Source of the DNA: a virus | Taxonomy: Duplodnaviria; Caudoviricetes | Virus record (IMG/VR): IMGVR_UViG_3300020202_000070 | Span: 1,942 to 65,941 of that record | DNA length: 64,000 nucleotides | Direction: 5' to 3' (one strand) | Part shown: piece after piece, positions 52,060 to 60,875 of the stretch | Layout of the letters: the number at the start of each line of letters is the position of its first letter | How positions within the stretch are numbered: the first letter of the stretch is position 1 | Notes under the pieces: model-generated | Seen by the model: the letters and a program-made list of their open reading frames with translations, nothing else | Told to the model about the DNA's origin: nothing | Database searches by the model: none | Translations under genes and position numbers: made by a program

Positions 52060-52484
52060 TGCCGTTCGTCTACCTGCTGCACGACTCGGGGCGCGGCCTG
52101 TACCGCGTCGGCAGAACGAAGCTCCTTCGCGACCGCCTGATGCGCCACTACAGGGGCCGCTGGGGCGAGCTGCGCTTCGTCTGGTACATCGCGACCAATT
52201 CGGCGGTGCGGCTCGAACGATACGTCATGGCTCAGTGGGCGGCGCAGCGGGTCGAGGGCGAGTGGTTCGCGTTGACACCCGAGCAGGTTGCGGCCTTCCG
52301 CGGAGTGAGCACGGTGGAGTGGCACGGTCGCCCTCCCCTGACCGAAAGGGGCCGCAACCCCTGGCGCCCCCACCACTGTCCTCGCGTCACCAACCGCGGG
52401 GCGAAGCCGCTGTTCATCATCAGGGTCGGCGAACTAATCCGCCCCGTGGCCGACCTCCCCAAGAAGCGAGACAAGAAGCCGTGA
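52059..52484 (+). CDS. T5orf172 / GIY-YIG family protein
   Basis: FVYLL...YRVGRT...RLER...RVEGEWFAL. Confidence 0.8.
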   Translation: MPFVYLLHDSGRGLYRVGRTKLLRDRLMRHYRGRWGELRFVWYIATNSAVRLERYVMAQWAAQRVEGEWFALTPEQVAAFRGVSTVEWHGRPPLTERGRNPWRPHHCPRVTNRGAKPLFIIRVGELIRPVADLPKKRDKKP

Positions 52485-52693
52485 ACATCCAGGCGGTTCG
52501 CAAGCTGCTTTCGGATTTCGAGTACCTGAGCGGCTGCGAGTTCGAGTTGCGCCTTCGGTCGGCCGGCCAGGTCGTCTTGAAGGCTGTCGGAGCCGGCGGC
52601 GGGCCGACGCTGAAGTTCGACACCTGGAACGCGTGCATCGACTACATGCGGAACGCGCTGAACCCGCCCGAACCGACGGAGGCCAAGCCGTGA
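52481..52693 (+). CDS. Hypothetical protein
   Basis: GTGA-coupled ORF. Confidence 0.5.
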   Translation: MNIQAVRKLLSDFEYLSGCEFELRLRSAGQVVLKAVGAGGGPTLKFDTWNACIDYMRNALNPPEPTEAKP

Positions 52694-53001
52694 GCACGCG
52701 CATCGTCAACGCGCTCTCGACCGACGACGTGCGGATCGAGCTGGTGGGCGAGGCCCGCGCCGTCACGGCGCTCGGAAGCCGGTGGGTCGAGTTCTACGAC
52801 GCGGTCCGCCCGTTGCAGACCTGGACCGACACGCCGCCCGTGGTGGCGGGGTGGTACTGGCTTCGGACGCTCGGCGGCGGCGACGTGCGCGCCGTCTCGG
52901 TTCGCATGTACGGCGGCCGGCTGTGCGTCGGCAACACGCCACTCACGAGCTACTACCACGCGTACGAGTGGTGCGGGCCGATCCCGGAGCCGCCGCCATG
53001 A
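52690..53001 (+). CDS. Hypothetical protein
   Basis: WTDTPPVVAGWYW...EWCGPIPEP, a common phage motif. Confidence 0.6.
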   Translation: MSTRIVNALSTDDVRIELVGEARAVTALGSRWVEFYDAVRPLQTWTDTPPVVAGWYWLRTLGGGDVRAVSVRMYGGRLCVGNTPLTSYYHAYEWCGPIPEPPP

Positions 53002-53801
53002 CCGACCTCGCGCTCCTGCACGCCGCGATCCTGGCCGAGCCGGGCGAGGACACGCCGCGGCTCGCGTACGCCGACGCGCTCGATGAGCGGAACGAGCCCG
53101 GCGACGCCGACCGGGCGGCGTTCATCCGCATCCAGTGCGGCCGGCCGCGGCGCGACGGCGACCGGCCGGAGCACCTGTGGCTCGAAGCGCAGCGGATGCT
53201 CGCGAGGTACGGGGCCGAGTGGCGGAAGTGTCCGTGCCCGGCGTGCGGCGGGAGCGGCAAGGCGAAGGGGCCGCTCAAGAGCGTCCGGCTCGACCAGATC
53301 GCCGCGGACCCGAGCGGCCCCGGGTCCGCGGTCAAGTGCGACGCGTGCAAGGGCACCGGCGACGTCGGCGCGCTGGCCAACGCGAACTGCGAGTTCCGCC
53401 GCGGGTTCGTGGCGCGCATCGACGCGCCGCTGGCAGCGGTGATGAAGAGGAAGTACTACCTGGCGGCCGCGGGCACCGACAAGCCGTGGGAGCCGACGGA
53501 CCGGGCGCGGGCGTGGATCGCAGCGCACCCGGTGGAGGAAGTGTGGCTGACGGACCGGGTGCCGCGCGAGCGGCCGGCGGCGGTGGACTTCGTGCAGATG
53601 TGGTTCTGGTACGACGGCCGCGGGACCGGGATATCGGGCCTGTCCGGCTCCGCGCATCACATCCCCGCCGCCGTGTGGGATCTGCTCGAAGGCGGCCAGC
53701 GGCGGGCGAGCCACCCACACTGCATGTACTACCCCACCGCCGACGCCGCGCACGCGGCCCTGGCCCGCGCCGTCGCGAAGTGGCTCTGCTCCTTCCGCTA
53801 G
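52998..53801 (+). CDS. TIGR02996 domain protein with DnaJ-like CxxCxGxG zinc motifs
   Basis: MTDLALLHAAILAEPGEDTPRLAYADALDE; CPACGGSG; CDACKGTG; FRRGFV. Confidence 0.88.
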   Translation: MTDLALLHAAILAEPGEDTPRLAYADALDERNEPGDADRAAFIRIQCGRPRRDGDRPEHLWLEAQRMLARYGAEWRKCPCPACGGSGKAKGPLKSVRLDQIAADPSGPGSAVKCDACKGTGDVGALANANCEFRRGFVARIDAPLAAVMKRKYYLAAAGTDKPWEPTDRARAWIAAHPVEEVWLTDRVPRERPAAVDFVQMWFWYDGRGTGISGLSGSAHHIPAAVWDLLEGGQRRASHPHCMYYPTADAAHAALARAVAKWLCSFR

Positions 53802-54352
53802 CCCTCCTCCGCCCAACCGACCACCTTGACGCCCGAACCGTTGGCCCGCTGCACGACCTTCAGCCCGCGATCGTGAGCCCCATGCGCGGTCGCGTCTCCC
53901 TTCACCGTCACCGTCCGCCGCTGCGCCACGCGGAACGCGTACTCGGCGATCCGGTCGGCCGAGCCCGGCGCCGTGCCGCTGGCCTTCGCAGGCTTGCGCC
54001 CCTCCGACGGGTCGGCGTACGCCTCGGGGTTGAGGATGCGCTGCCAGAGGGCCAACTCGGCGATCGTCACGTCGAGCGCCTCGCACGGCATGTCCTCGTC
54101 GCAGACCACGATGAGCCCGGCCTCGATCGCCGCCTCGATGCGGTCGTCGATGATCGAGGCGCACTGCGGCGACAGCTTGGCGGCCGGCTTCTTCGGCTTC
54201 TTCGCCGCCCGCTTCTTCGGCCGCGGCTTCTTGCGCGAGGGGGCGGCCTTGCGCCGCGGCGTGGGGGCGGCCGGGCACTTCGACCGCACGGCCGGTGACG
54301 GCGGCGCGGTGTAGTCGTGGCAGACGATGGGCTCGTAAAACGGGACCGGCAT
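53798..54352 (-). CDS. Hypothetical basic protein
   Basis: MPVPFYEPIVCHDYT start; TAPGSADRIAEYAFRV. Confidence 0.6.
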   Translation of the reverse strand: MPVPFYEPIVCHDYTAPPSPAVRSKCPAAPTPRRKAAPSRKKPRPKKRAAKKPKKPAAKLSPQCASIIDDRIEAAIEAGLIVVCDEDMPCEALDVTIAELALWQRILNPEAYADPSEGRKPAKASGTAPGSADRIAEYAFRVAQRRTVTVKGDATAHGAHDRGLKVVQRANGSGVKVVGWAEEG

Positions 54353-54812
54353 ACACACCCGCCCCGCAATGGGGTAAAAGGGAAGTGTGTACGCCGGCTC
54401 GTGGGCGAGGGGCGTCTACGGGTCCGGGCCAGTGAGCGAGACTGGCCCGGACCTTCTTCGTTTCGTCGCGTCGCTGCGGAGAGGCGGCCAGTGTACCACA
54501 CCCCGGCGCGGTGCGGGCGCCTCTCCCACTCTCCCACTCGCCCGCACGCCGCGCCAGGAGCGAACGCGGCTGCCGCGCCGGGGTTGGTCACTCGAAGAGC
54601 CGGCCGCCCTCCTCCACGATCCCGGCGTACCGCGTGACCCGGTCGGCGTGTCCGACGACCTCCGGGCGGCAGGCGTGGTCGTCGGCGTGAATCTCGGCCA
54701 GTCGCTCCATCACCGCGCGGCAGGCGGCGCAGTGCCGGCGGGTCGGCCGCCCGCCGTCGAGCGGGAGCTTCTCGCCGCACACCTGGCACCGCAGCCCGCC
54801 CACGGCGTCACC

Positions 54813-55127
54813 TCACGCGCCGACGACGGCGTCGTACTCGCGGCCGGTCATGGCCGGCGGCGGCCCCTGTCCGCGGGCCGCCGCGGCGAACTCCCCGGCC
54901 CGCGCGAGCGCCGCCCGCTCGCAGGCCGCCAGCGCCCGCCGCCGGGCGAACTGCCAGACGTAGAGCCGGCCGCGGGCGCGGGCGAACACGTCGTGGATCG
55001 CCAGCGCGCAGTCGTCGGGGCAGACCGCGGCCATCTCCGCCTCGACCTCCCGCAGCAGCTTCCGCAGCCAGTCCACGATGAGCGGCAGGAACTTCACCAA
55101 CAGGTCGATCAAGACGGCCCAGGTCAT
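54813..55127 (-). CDS. Amphipathic/membrane protein (lysis region)
   Basis: MTWAVLIDLLVKFLPLIVDWLRK. Confidence 0.55.
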   Translation of the reverse strand: MTWAVLIDLLVKFLPLIVDWLRKLLREVEAEMAAVCPDDCALAIHDVFARARGRLYVWQFARRRALAACERAALARAGEFAAAARGQGPPPAMTGREYDAVVGA

Positions 55128-55181
55128 GACGGTCTCCGGTTGGGCGCCGGGGCGGGGCCGACCGGCCCCGTTCGGTCACCC

Positions 55182-56099
55182 TCACTTGCCGGGCGCGCAG
55201 CCCGGCGGGTACACGAGGCGGTACTCGACTCCGGCCGGCCGGCCGAAGCGGTCGTACTTCTGGTGGGGCACCCAGGCCGGGCCGACGGCCCTCGGCAGCT
55301 CGGCCGGCGCCGCCGGCTTCGGCACTTCCGCCGACCGGACGTCGAAATTCGGCGCCGGCTTGACGGCCGTCGCCTTCGGGGCCGCTTCGGGGGACGCCAG
55401 TCCCGCGACGTGCCAGGGCAGCGGGTCGGAGAGGACCGTGTCACCGCCGGGCACGAGGCCCGCGTCGTACTTGCCCGTCCCCGCCTCGGCGTGACAGGAG
55501 CTGCACGACACCTTGAGGCCCGCGTACCCGGCCGGGAACTGCGCCTCGTCCTTGTGCCACACCTCCGAGAGCCAGCGGCCGGCGCGCTTGGTCCGCACGC
55601 GGTGCTCGAACACCTTGCCCGTCGCGGCGTTCACCAGCAGCTCGTCGAACCGCGTGCCGTCGGGGTACTCCCGCTGAATGCTGCGGTTGAACTGCCTGTA
55701 GTGCTCCGGTGTGCCGTCGGGCTTCAGGCGCCCGGTCGGGATGGAGTTCTCGACCTCGACGTTGCCGACCCACGTCCGGACCGGGCCGGGCAGGTGGCGG
55801 TAGCGCTCGCTCCGCCAGCCGGAGACGCCCTCCAGGCCGCCGGGCTGGTGCCAGCGGCGGTCGGGCAAGCTCGCGATCGTGTGCGGGGCGATCCGGTCGC
55901 GGTCGTTGACGACGGCGATGTTCTGGGTGTACCGGGCCGACTCGTACGGCTCGGCCCCGTCGGGCAGGAGCGGGTCGTACTCGGGCGCGGCCGCGGGCGG
56001 GCCCACCACGAGGAAGCCCGGCCGGACGTCGAAGTCGGCGGCCGCGCCCGCGGACGCGAGCGCGGCGAGGACCAGGAGGGCGAGGGCGTATCGGCTCAT
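55182..56099 (-). CDS. Secreted protein with a single CxxCH motif
   Basis: Signal peptide MSRYALALLVLAALASAGAA; SCSSCHAEAG. Confidence 0.65.
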   Translation of the reverse strand: MSRYALALLVLAALASAGAAADFDVRPGFLVVGPPAAAPEYDPLLPDGAEPYESARYTQNIAVVNDRDRIAPHTIASLPDRRWHQPGGLEGVSGWRSERYRHLPGPVRTWVGNVEVENSIPTGRLKPDGTPEHYRQFNRSIQREYPDGTRFDELLVNAATGKVFEHRVRTKRAGRWLSEVWHKDEAQFPAGYAGLKVSCSSCHAEAGTGKYDAGLVPGGDTVLSDPLPWHVAGLASPEAAPKATAVKPAPNFDVRSAEVPKPAAPAELPRAVGPAWVPHQKYDRFGRPAGVEYRLVYPPGCAPGK

Positions 56100-56142
56100 T
56101 GAAGCAGGCTCTCCGTTTCGGGTCGGGCGAACGGGCGGGCGC

Positions 56143-56931
56143 TCAGGCGGCGACGGCGACGCGCGGGCTGACCGCGTCGTCGGCGAGGATCCGGCGGCCC
56201 TGGCGGACGCCGCGGCCCTCGTGGCCCCAGTCCTCGCTCCACGAGTTGTCGAACTCGACGGCGATGGCCCCGTCGAGCCACCGGGCGCGTCTGTCGCACA
56301 CCTCGTGGCGCCAGTAGTTGAGGCCCACGGCGACCGCGTAGCCGCGCAGGAGGCAACTGATGTGCTGGTCGAGGTTGCCGGGCTCCAGCTCCCACCACTC
56401 TGTCGTGCGGTAGTCGAGCGCGGCCCGCCAGTTCTCCTCGGTCGCGTACCGCCGGTCGATGGCCGCGTCGGGCCAGCGGTCGGAGGGCACCGCGCCGTGA
56501 CTGGCCAGGCGGGCGAGCGCGTTTCGGCCCCACCCGCCCTGGTTGCGGTAGCCGTTCAAGGGGCAGGCGACGGACGCCGGCGAGAGGCTGAACGGCCGGC
56601 CGTCGGGGCCGAGCAGGCCGTGCCGGAGGCGGACGTACTCCAGCGCCCGGACCGGCCCGAACGCCCAGCAGAAGTTGGTGGACTTCTGGTTCTTGACGCC
56701 CAGGCGGTGGCGCGCCGCGACGGCCGCGAGGTCGGTCCCCCGCTCCTCCTGCTCCTCAATGAGTCCCTGCCAGTCGGAGCGCGGGATCAGAAGCTCGTCG
56801 GGGAAGGGGTCGGCCAAGCCGCCGTAGGCGAACCCCTCCGGGCGCTCGGAAAGCTCCAGGCCGCGCGACATCCCGGCGGGCTCCTGGAGGAGCCGCTCCG
56901 GGGTGCCGTCGTCGATCACAAAGAGCGGCAT
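56143..56931 (-). CDS. Papain-like (C1) cysteine peptidase
   Basis: NQKSTNFCWAF, LSPASV, WRHEV, NSWSEDWGHEG. Confidence 0.85.
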   Translation of the reverse strand: MPLFVIDDGTPERLLQEPAGMSRGLELSERPEGFAYGGLADPFPDELLIPRSDWQGLIEEQEERGTDLAAVAARHRLGVKNQKSTNFCWAFGPVRALEYVRLRHGLLGPDGRPFSLSPASVACPLNGYRNQGGWGRNALARLASHGAVPSDRWPDAAIDRRYATEENWRAALDYRTTEWWELEPGNLDQHISCLLRGYAVAVGLNYWRHEVCDRRARWLDGAIAVEFDNSWSEDWGHEGRGVRQGRRILADDAVSPRVAVAA

Positions 56932-56932
56932 C

Positions 56933-57787
56933 TCACTTCCCCTCGGCGTGGCGCTTCAGGAGGGCGAGCAGCTCGGCCTCGGTCGTCACCGGGTAGACCC
57001 GCGCGTCGCGGCCGACCGCGACGACGACGGCGGGCAGCACCTTCTTGGCCTCAACGAGTGACGTCGCGAACAGCTCCTTCAGGGTCGGATTGAAACCCGG
57101 CCCGAACTGCTGCTGCGGGTCGAAACTGTTCCACTCCGGCCGCCCCTTCGCGTCCTTGGCACACCGCTCGTTCAGGTATTTCTCGACGACCGGCGAGCGG
57201 ATCGCCGCGTCCTGCTCGCGCGAGAGCGGCTTGTTCGACTCGAAAACGAAGATCACCCGCAAGGGGCCGACGACGGGGTCGGGCTCCGGGGGCTTCGGCG
57301 TTGGCGGATCGACGGGCTTCGGCGGCGGGATCGGCCCCTTCCCGCTGTCCACGTCCACCGTCCGCCGGATCACTTCCTTCTCACTCGCCGCGCCGACCGG
57401 CACGACGAGCAGCTCGACCCGCCCGCTCGCCACGGCCTCGACGACGTAAACGTGCTTGCCCTTGTAGGTGCGGGTCTCAACCTTGCCCGCGCCGTCCACG
57501 AACCGGCCCTTGAGCTTCACGGGGCCGGCCTCCTCGGAGACCTTCACGAGCCCCGCCGGGCTGGCCAGGACGATGAGCGGCACGTCGGAGTCGATCACGT
57601 ACCACTGGTCGGCGGAGAGCTTCGACGGGTCACCGGCGGGTGCGGGCGCCGGTGCCGGCGGGGCGACCGGCGCCGGCGCGACGGGCGCGGCCGGTAGCCG
57701 CACGGCCGGCGGCTTGGCCGGCTCGGCCGCGGGGCCGGGCGGGGCGGACAGGGCCGCGGCCAGGGTGAGTGCGTGGAGCCCGCGCAT
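56933..57787 (-). CDS. Secreted protein with Pro linkers and a thioredoxin-like C-terminal domain
   Basis: Signal peptide; PIPPPKPVDPPTPKPPEPDP; LRVIFVFES...LPAVVV. Confidence 0.65.
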   Translation of the reverse strand: MRGLHALTLAAALSAPPGPAAEPAKPPAVRLPAAPVAPAPVAPPAPAPAPAGDPSKLSADQWYVIDSDVPLIVLASPAGLVKVSEEAGPVKLKGRFVDGAGKVETRTYKGKHVYVVEAVASGRVELLVVPVGAASEKEVIRRTVDVDSGKGPIPPPKPVDPPTPKPPEPDPVVGPLRVIFVFESNKPLSREQDAAIRSPVVEKYLNERCAKDAKGRPEWNSFDPQQQFGPGFNPTLKELFATSLVEAKKVLPAVVVAVGRDARVYPVTTEAELLALLKRHAEGK

Positions 57788-57972
57788 CAGCGCTCCTTCG
57801 GGGTGTTGTGCCAGCCGTGCCCGCACGCCCGGCAGACCCACTTGGAGTGGACGACCCGCTCGGTCGCGCGCGACCGACAGGCCGGGCACCGCGGCGCGTG
57901 CAGCCGGGCGTACACGAGCGCCAGGAGCGCGAAGGCGAGGAGCCCCAGGGTGAGCCAGCCGGCGGGGCTCAC
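57787..57972 (-). CDS. Small TM plus zinc-ribbon protein
   Basis: TM helix, CPAC...CRACGHGW. Confidence 0.5.
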   Translation of the reverse strand: MSPAGWLTLGLLAFALLALVYARLHAPRCPACRSRATERVVHSKWVCRACGHGWHNTPKER

Positions 57973-58304
57973 GGCAGCGGCCCGTGGCCGTCGGTCTTGT
58001 CCTTCTTCCGGGCGATCTGACTCTTCAGGTCGTCGATCTGCTTCTGGAGGTCGGCCTTGTCGCGCGCGTCGCGGGCCGCCAGGTCGCGCCGCGTCGCTTC
58101 CAGGAGCGACTCGGCCCCGGCGTGCTTCTTCTCGCACTCGGCGATCCGGGCCGCCTGGACCGCGAGTTGCGCCGCCTGCTGCTCGTTCTGCGCCTTCAGG
58201 TCGGCCGTCTTCTGGTCGTACCGCCTGTTCACCAGGAGCGTCAGCACGCCCAGGAGTCCGGTCACCGCCAGCGAGGCCAGCCCGATCCACCCGCCGTCGT
58301 TCAT
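57969..58304 (-). CDS. Holin-like TM plus coiled-coil protein
   Basis: One N-terminal TM helix then a coiled coil; first gene of the putative lysis cluster. Confidence 0.55.
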   Translation of the reverse strand: MNDGGWIGLASLAVTGLLGVLTLLVNRRYDQKTADLKAQNEQQAAQLAVQAARIAECEKKHAGAESLLEATRRDLAARDARDKADLQKQIDDLKSQIARKKDKTDGHGPLP

Positions 58305-58428
58305 CTCATCCCCATCGGTCTGAGGGTGTGGACGCCCGCACCGCGGCCGAACCGCCGACACGCGCCGCCCGGAAGCAAGGCCGCAGCAACACGCGCGAGG
58401 GTAGCAGAGGGGCGGGGGCCGGGGCGCG

Positions 58429-59277
58429 TCAGGGGAGCTTGACGTAGTACAGCGCGGGCGCCGTCGTGTGGAGGTTCGTGGCCGGGAACACGCCGCCGTT
58501 CACGGCGCCCGCGGCGACGCTCTGCCAGGACGGCGCCAGCGCCGTCCGCGTGCGGGCGGCCTGGAGCGTGACGGTCACCGGGAACGTGTCGCCCGCGCCC
58601 GGGACGGCGAAGGTGACGAAGTGCCCGCCGCCCATCCGCACCCGATCGCCCTCGACCAGCGCGACGAGCAGCCACGCGCTCGCTTCGGAGACGCCCGCCC
58701 CGGGGTAAAGGCTGGCTACGGGCGGGGTCGTGGCGACGCGCGCGAAGACCGTGGCGGACTCCCCCGCGGGGACGGGCGCGACCAGTGCCGCGCCGGCGTG
58801 GAGGTGGCCGGAGATCTGGTAGAGGCCGGCCGAGGGCAGCTCCACCGAGCACACGTCCACCCACACCCCGTCCGCCGTCAGGGCCACGCCCTGCGGCGTC
58901 TGGCTCACGGCGCCGCGGACCGTGGCGGCGCCCGAGACGTACACGAACCCGTAGCCGGCGGCGGAGCGCAAGGGGAAGAGGCGCACGACCACGGTGCCGT
59001 CGGTAGGGACGTCCGTGCGGCCGGTGACCTCGTAGAGCGGAGCGGTGTAGAGCTGGTCGGCGAAGGCACCGGCGATCGAGGGGAAGGTAGCGGGCTGGCC
59101 GTCATCGACGCGGGCGTAGGTGTACTCGTTCGCGGCCGTGCGGCCGGTGATCCTCGCGAAGATGTCCTGCGGGCGCGTGTCGTGGAGTTGCCAACCGAAG
59201 CCGGACGGGCCGGAGCCGACCGGCGCTAGGTCGCCGGAGCCGGCGAGGTCTTCGGGGCGGATACGGCGCGGGGTCAT
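58429..59277 (-). CDS. Putative tail tip/fibre protein
   Basis: IFARITG...YEVTGRTDVP N-terminus and beta-rich C-terminus; leaderless late promoter. Confidence 0.6.
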   Translation of the reverse strand: MTPRRIRPEDLAGSGDLAPVGSGPSGFGWQLHDTRPQDIFARITGRTAANEYTYARVDDGQPATFPSIAGAFADQLYTAPLYEVTGRTDVPTDGTVVVRLFPLRSAAGYGFVYVSGAATVRGAVSQTPQGVALTADGVWVDVCSVELPSAGLYQISGHLHAGAALVAPVPAGESATVFARVATTPPVASLYPGAGVSEASAWLLVALVEGDRVRMGGGHFVTFAVPGAGDTFPVTVTLQAARTRTALAPSWQSVAAGAVNGGVFPATNLHTTAPALYYVKLP

Positions 59278-59309
59278 GCCCCGACGATAGCCGGGGCGCG
59301 CGGGCCGGG

Positions 59310-60632
59310 TCAGGTGGCGGCAGCGCGGATCGCGGCGAGGGCGGCTTCGGCTAGGTGGCGGTTCTCACGGCCACGAATGCGAAGGGAGCGGGGTTGGCCC
59401 TCTGCCACGAGGTAGTACCAGCCATTACGGTCCTCGCGGAACCAGGGATGGTGCCCAGGCTGGCGTCGGGGCGGAAGGATGGCATTGGGCTTGAGGAGAT
59501 CAGCCACGGCCCGTTTTGCACCTTCGACGTCCAGCCGATCGCGCACTTTGAGCGAGATCGCCCGCCCGCGAATCCTGACGTACCAACCCCGCTTCTCAGT
59601 GTGCCACCACGGGTGATAATCGGGCGACTCTTTAGAATGACAGATGGACCGGTTCAGTGAGGTCAGAGGCATTGCGAGGATGCGATCCACGGCCGGCTTC
59701 TTTCGATCAAGCCATACCGTTGCCCCTGTGTAGAGCAGCCTCGCAATTGCCTGAACTGCAGAGAGGCGTGCATACGCAACCTGGGTCATCCCCTCGGTCG
59801 AGTGGTGGGGATGGAAGGAAGACGGCGCGGCACCCGTGGCCTCGTAGACGAAGTCACGAAACGCCGCGCCAACCTCGTCTGTCGCGACCAGGCTCACCGA
59901 GTAATACGCCCGCCGCTGCTTGCCGGTGGCGATCTGGTGGGACCAAGTCCCGTCGCCATCCAGCAGGCCGCGGTAAAAGGCAGGCAGCAACGAAGTGGGT
60001 CCGTGCCAGGGCGGCATGGTCAGGGATTTTCTCTCCGTTAACCCCTGCCGCTCCAGATCCGCGACAACCCGAACCGAGCTGAACCGCAGTGCGGACTGAA
60101 TGCTGCCTTCGCAGTCGCGGCGGTAGAGCGGGGCCGTCGGGACGATCACATCGCGGAACTTCGCGAGATGAGACTCGTCGCCACGTTGAAGAGCGATTAC
60201 CACCTCGTGACGCCCGCCCCGCTTCGAGATACATCCGTCGGCGGCGATGAAGCCGAGCCAGTACGCCTTTTCGTCCGTGTCGATAGCGGAAAAATAATCG
60301 TCCCGAACAAGGTACTGGCGGCGCTCTACCCTCCGCGGGATGCCCCGCCGCCTCAAGACGACAAGAACGGTGTGCTGAGGTCTCCCGACAGCCTCGCCCA
60401 CCTCATGCGAGTTAAGCCCCGAAAGGTAGAGGGCGATGATTTCGTCCTCCTCGGCGGGCAAAACTCTTGGAGCCGCCCGAGATGGCTGAACGCCACTGCG
60501 ACGAATAGCTTGCTGAATCGAGTTCTTGGGGATGCCGTGGCGATCGGCCATGACACCGAGCGGAACGCCTCGCACGTAGTCGTCGGCAAACCGCCGAATC
60601 GTCCTGACATCGAAGTGCTTGCCCTTTGGCAC
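59310..60632 (-). CDS. Double-motif LAGLIDADG homing endonuclease with N-terminal HTHs and C-terminal repeats
   Basis: DYFSAIDTDEKAYWLGFIAADGCI; FYRGLLDGDGTW; visibly lower GC than its flanks. Confidence 0.9.
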   Translation of the reverse strand: MPKGKHFDVRTIRRFADDYVRGVPLGVMADRHGIPKNSIQQAIRRSGVQPSRAAPRVLPAEEDEIIALYLSGLNSHEVGEAVGRPQHTVLVVLRRRGIPRRVERRQYLVRDDYFSAIDTDEKAYWLGFIAADGCISKRGGRHEVVIALQRGDESHLAKFRDVIVPTAPLYRRDCEGSIQSALRFSSVRVVADLERQGLTERKSLTMPPWHGPTSLLPAFYRGLLDGDGTWSHQIATGKQRRAYYSVSLVATDEVGAAFRDFVYEATGAAPSSFHPHHSTEGMTQVAYARLSAVQAIARLLYTGATVWLDRKKPAVDRILAMPLTSLNRSICHSKESPDYHPWWHTEKRGWYVRIRGRAISLKVRDRLDVEGAKRAVADLLKPNAILPPRRQPGHHPWFREDRNGWYYLVAEGQPRSLRIRGRENRHLAEAALAAIRAAAT

Positions 60633-60875
60633 ATCGTTCTCCGCTCTTCGAGGGAGGTCCGCGCTGGTGTCGTTTACCGTCGAGATGTTCGCTCCTCTTC
60701 CCCGCGTCCGCAAGCCCCGTAGCGTGCTTTCCCGCGGTGGCGTCCGCGACGCCTCAGTGGTATGCTCTGCGTGTGGCCGGCGGGAGTAGCTACCCGCCGC
60801 AAGCCGCGGTCGCCGTCCGGGTCAGGTGTCCTCCCCGGGTGCGGCGACCGCGGCCCGCCGCGCGAGGACACCACA

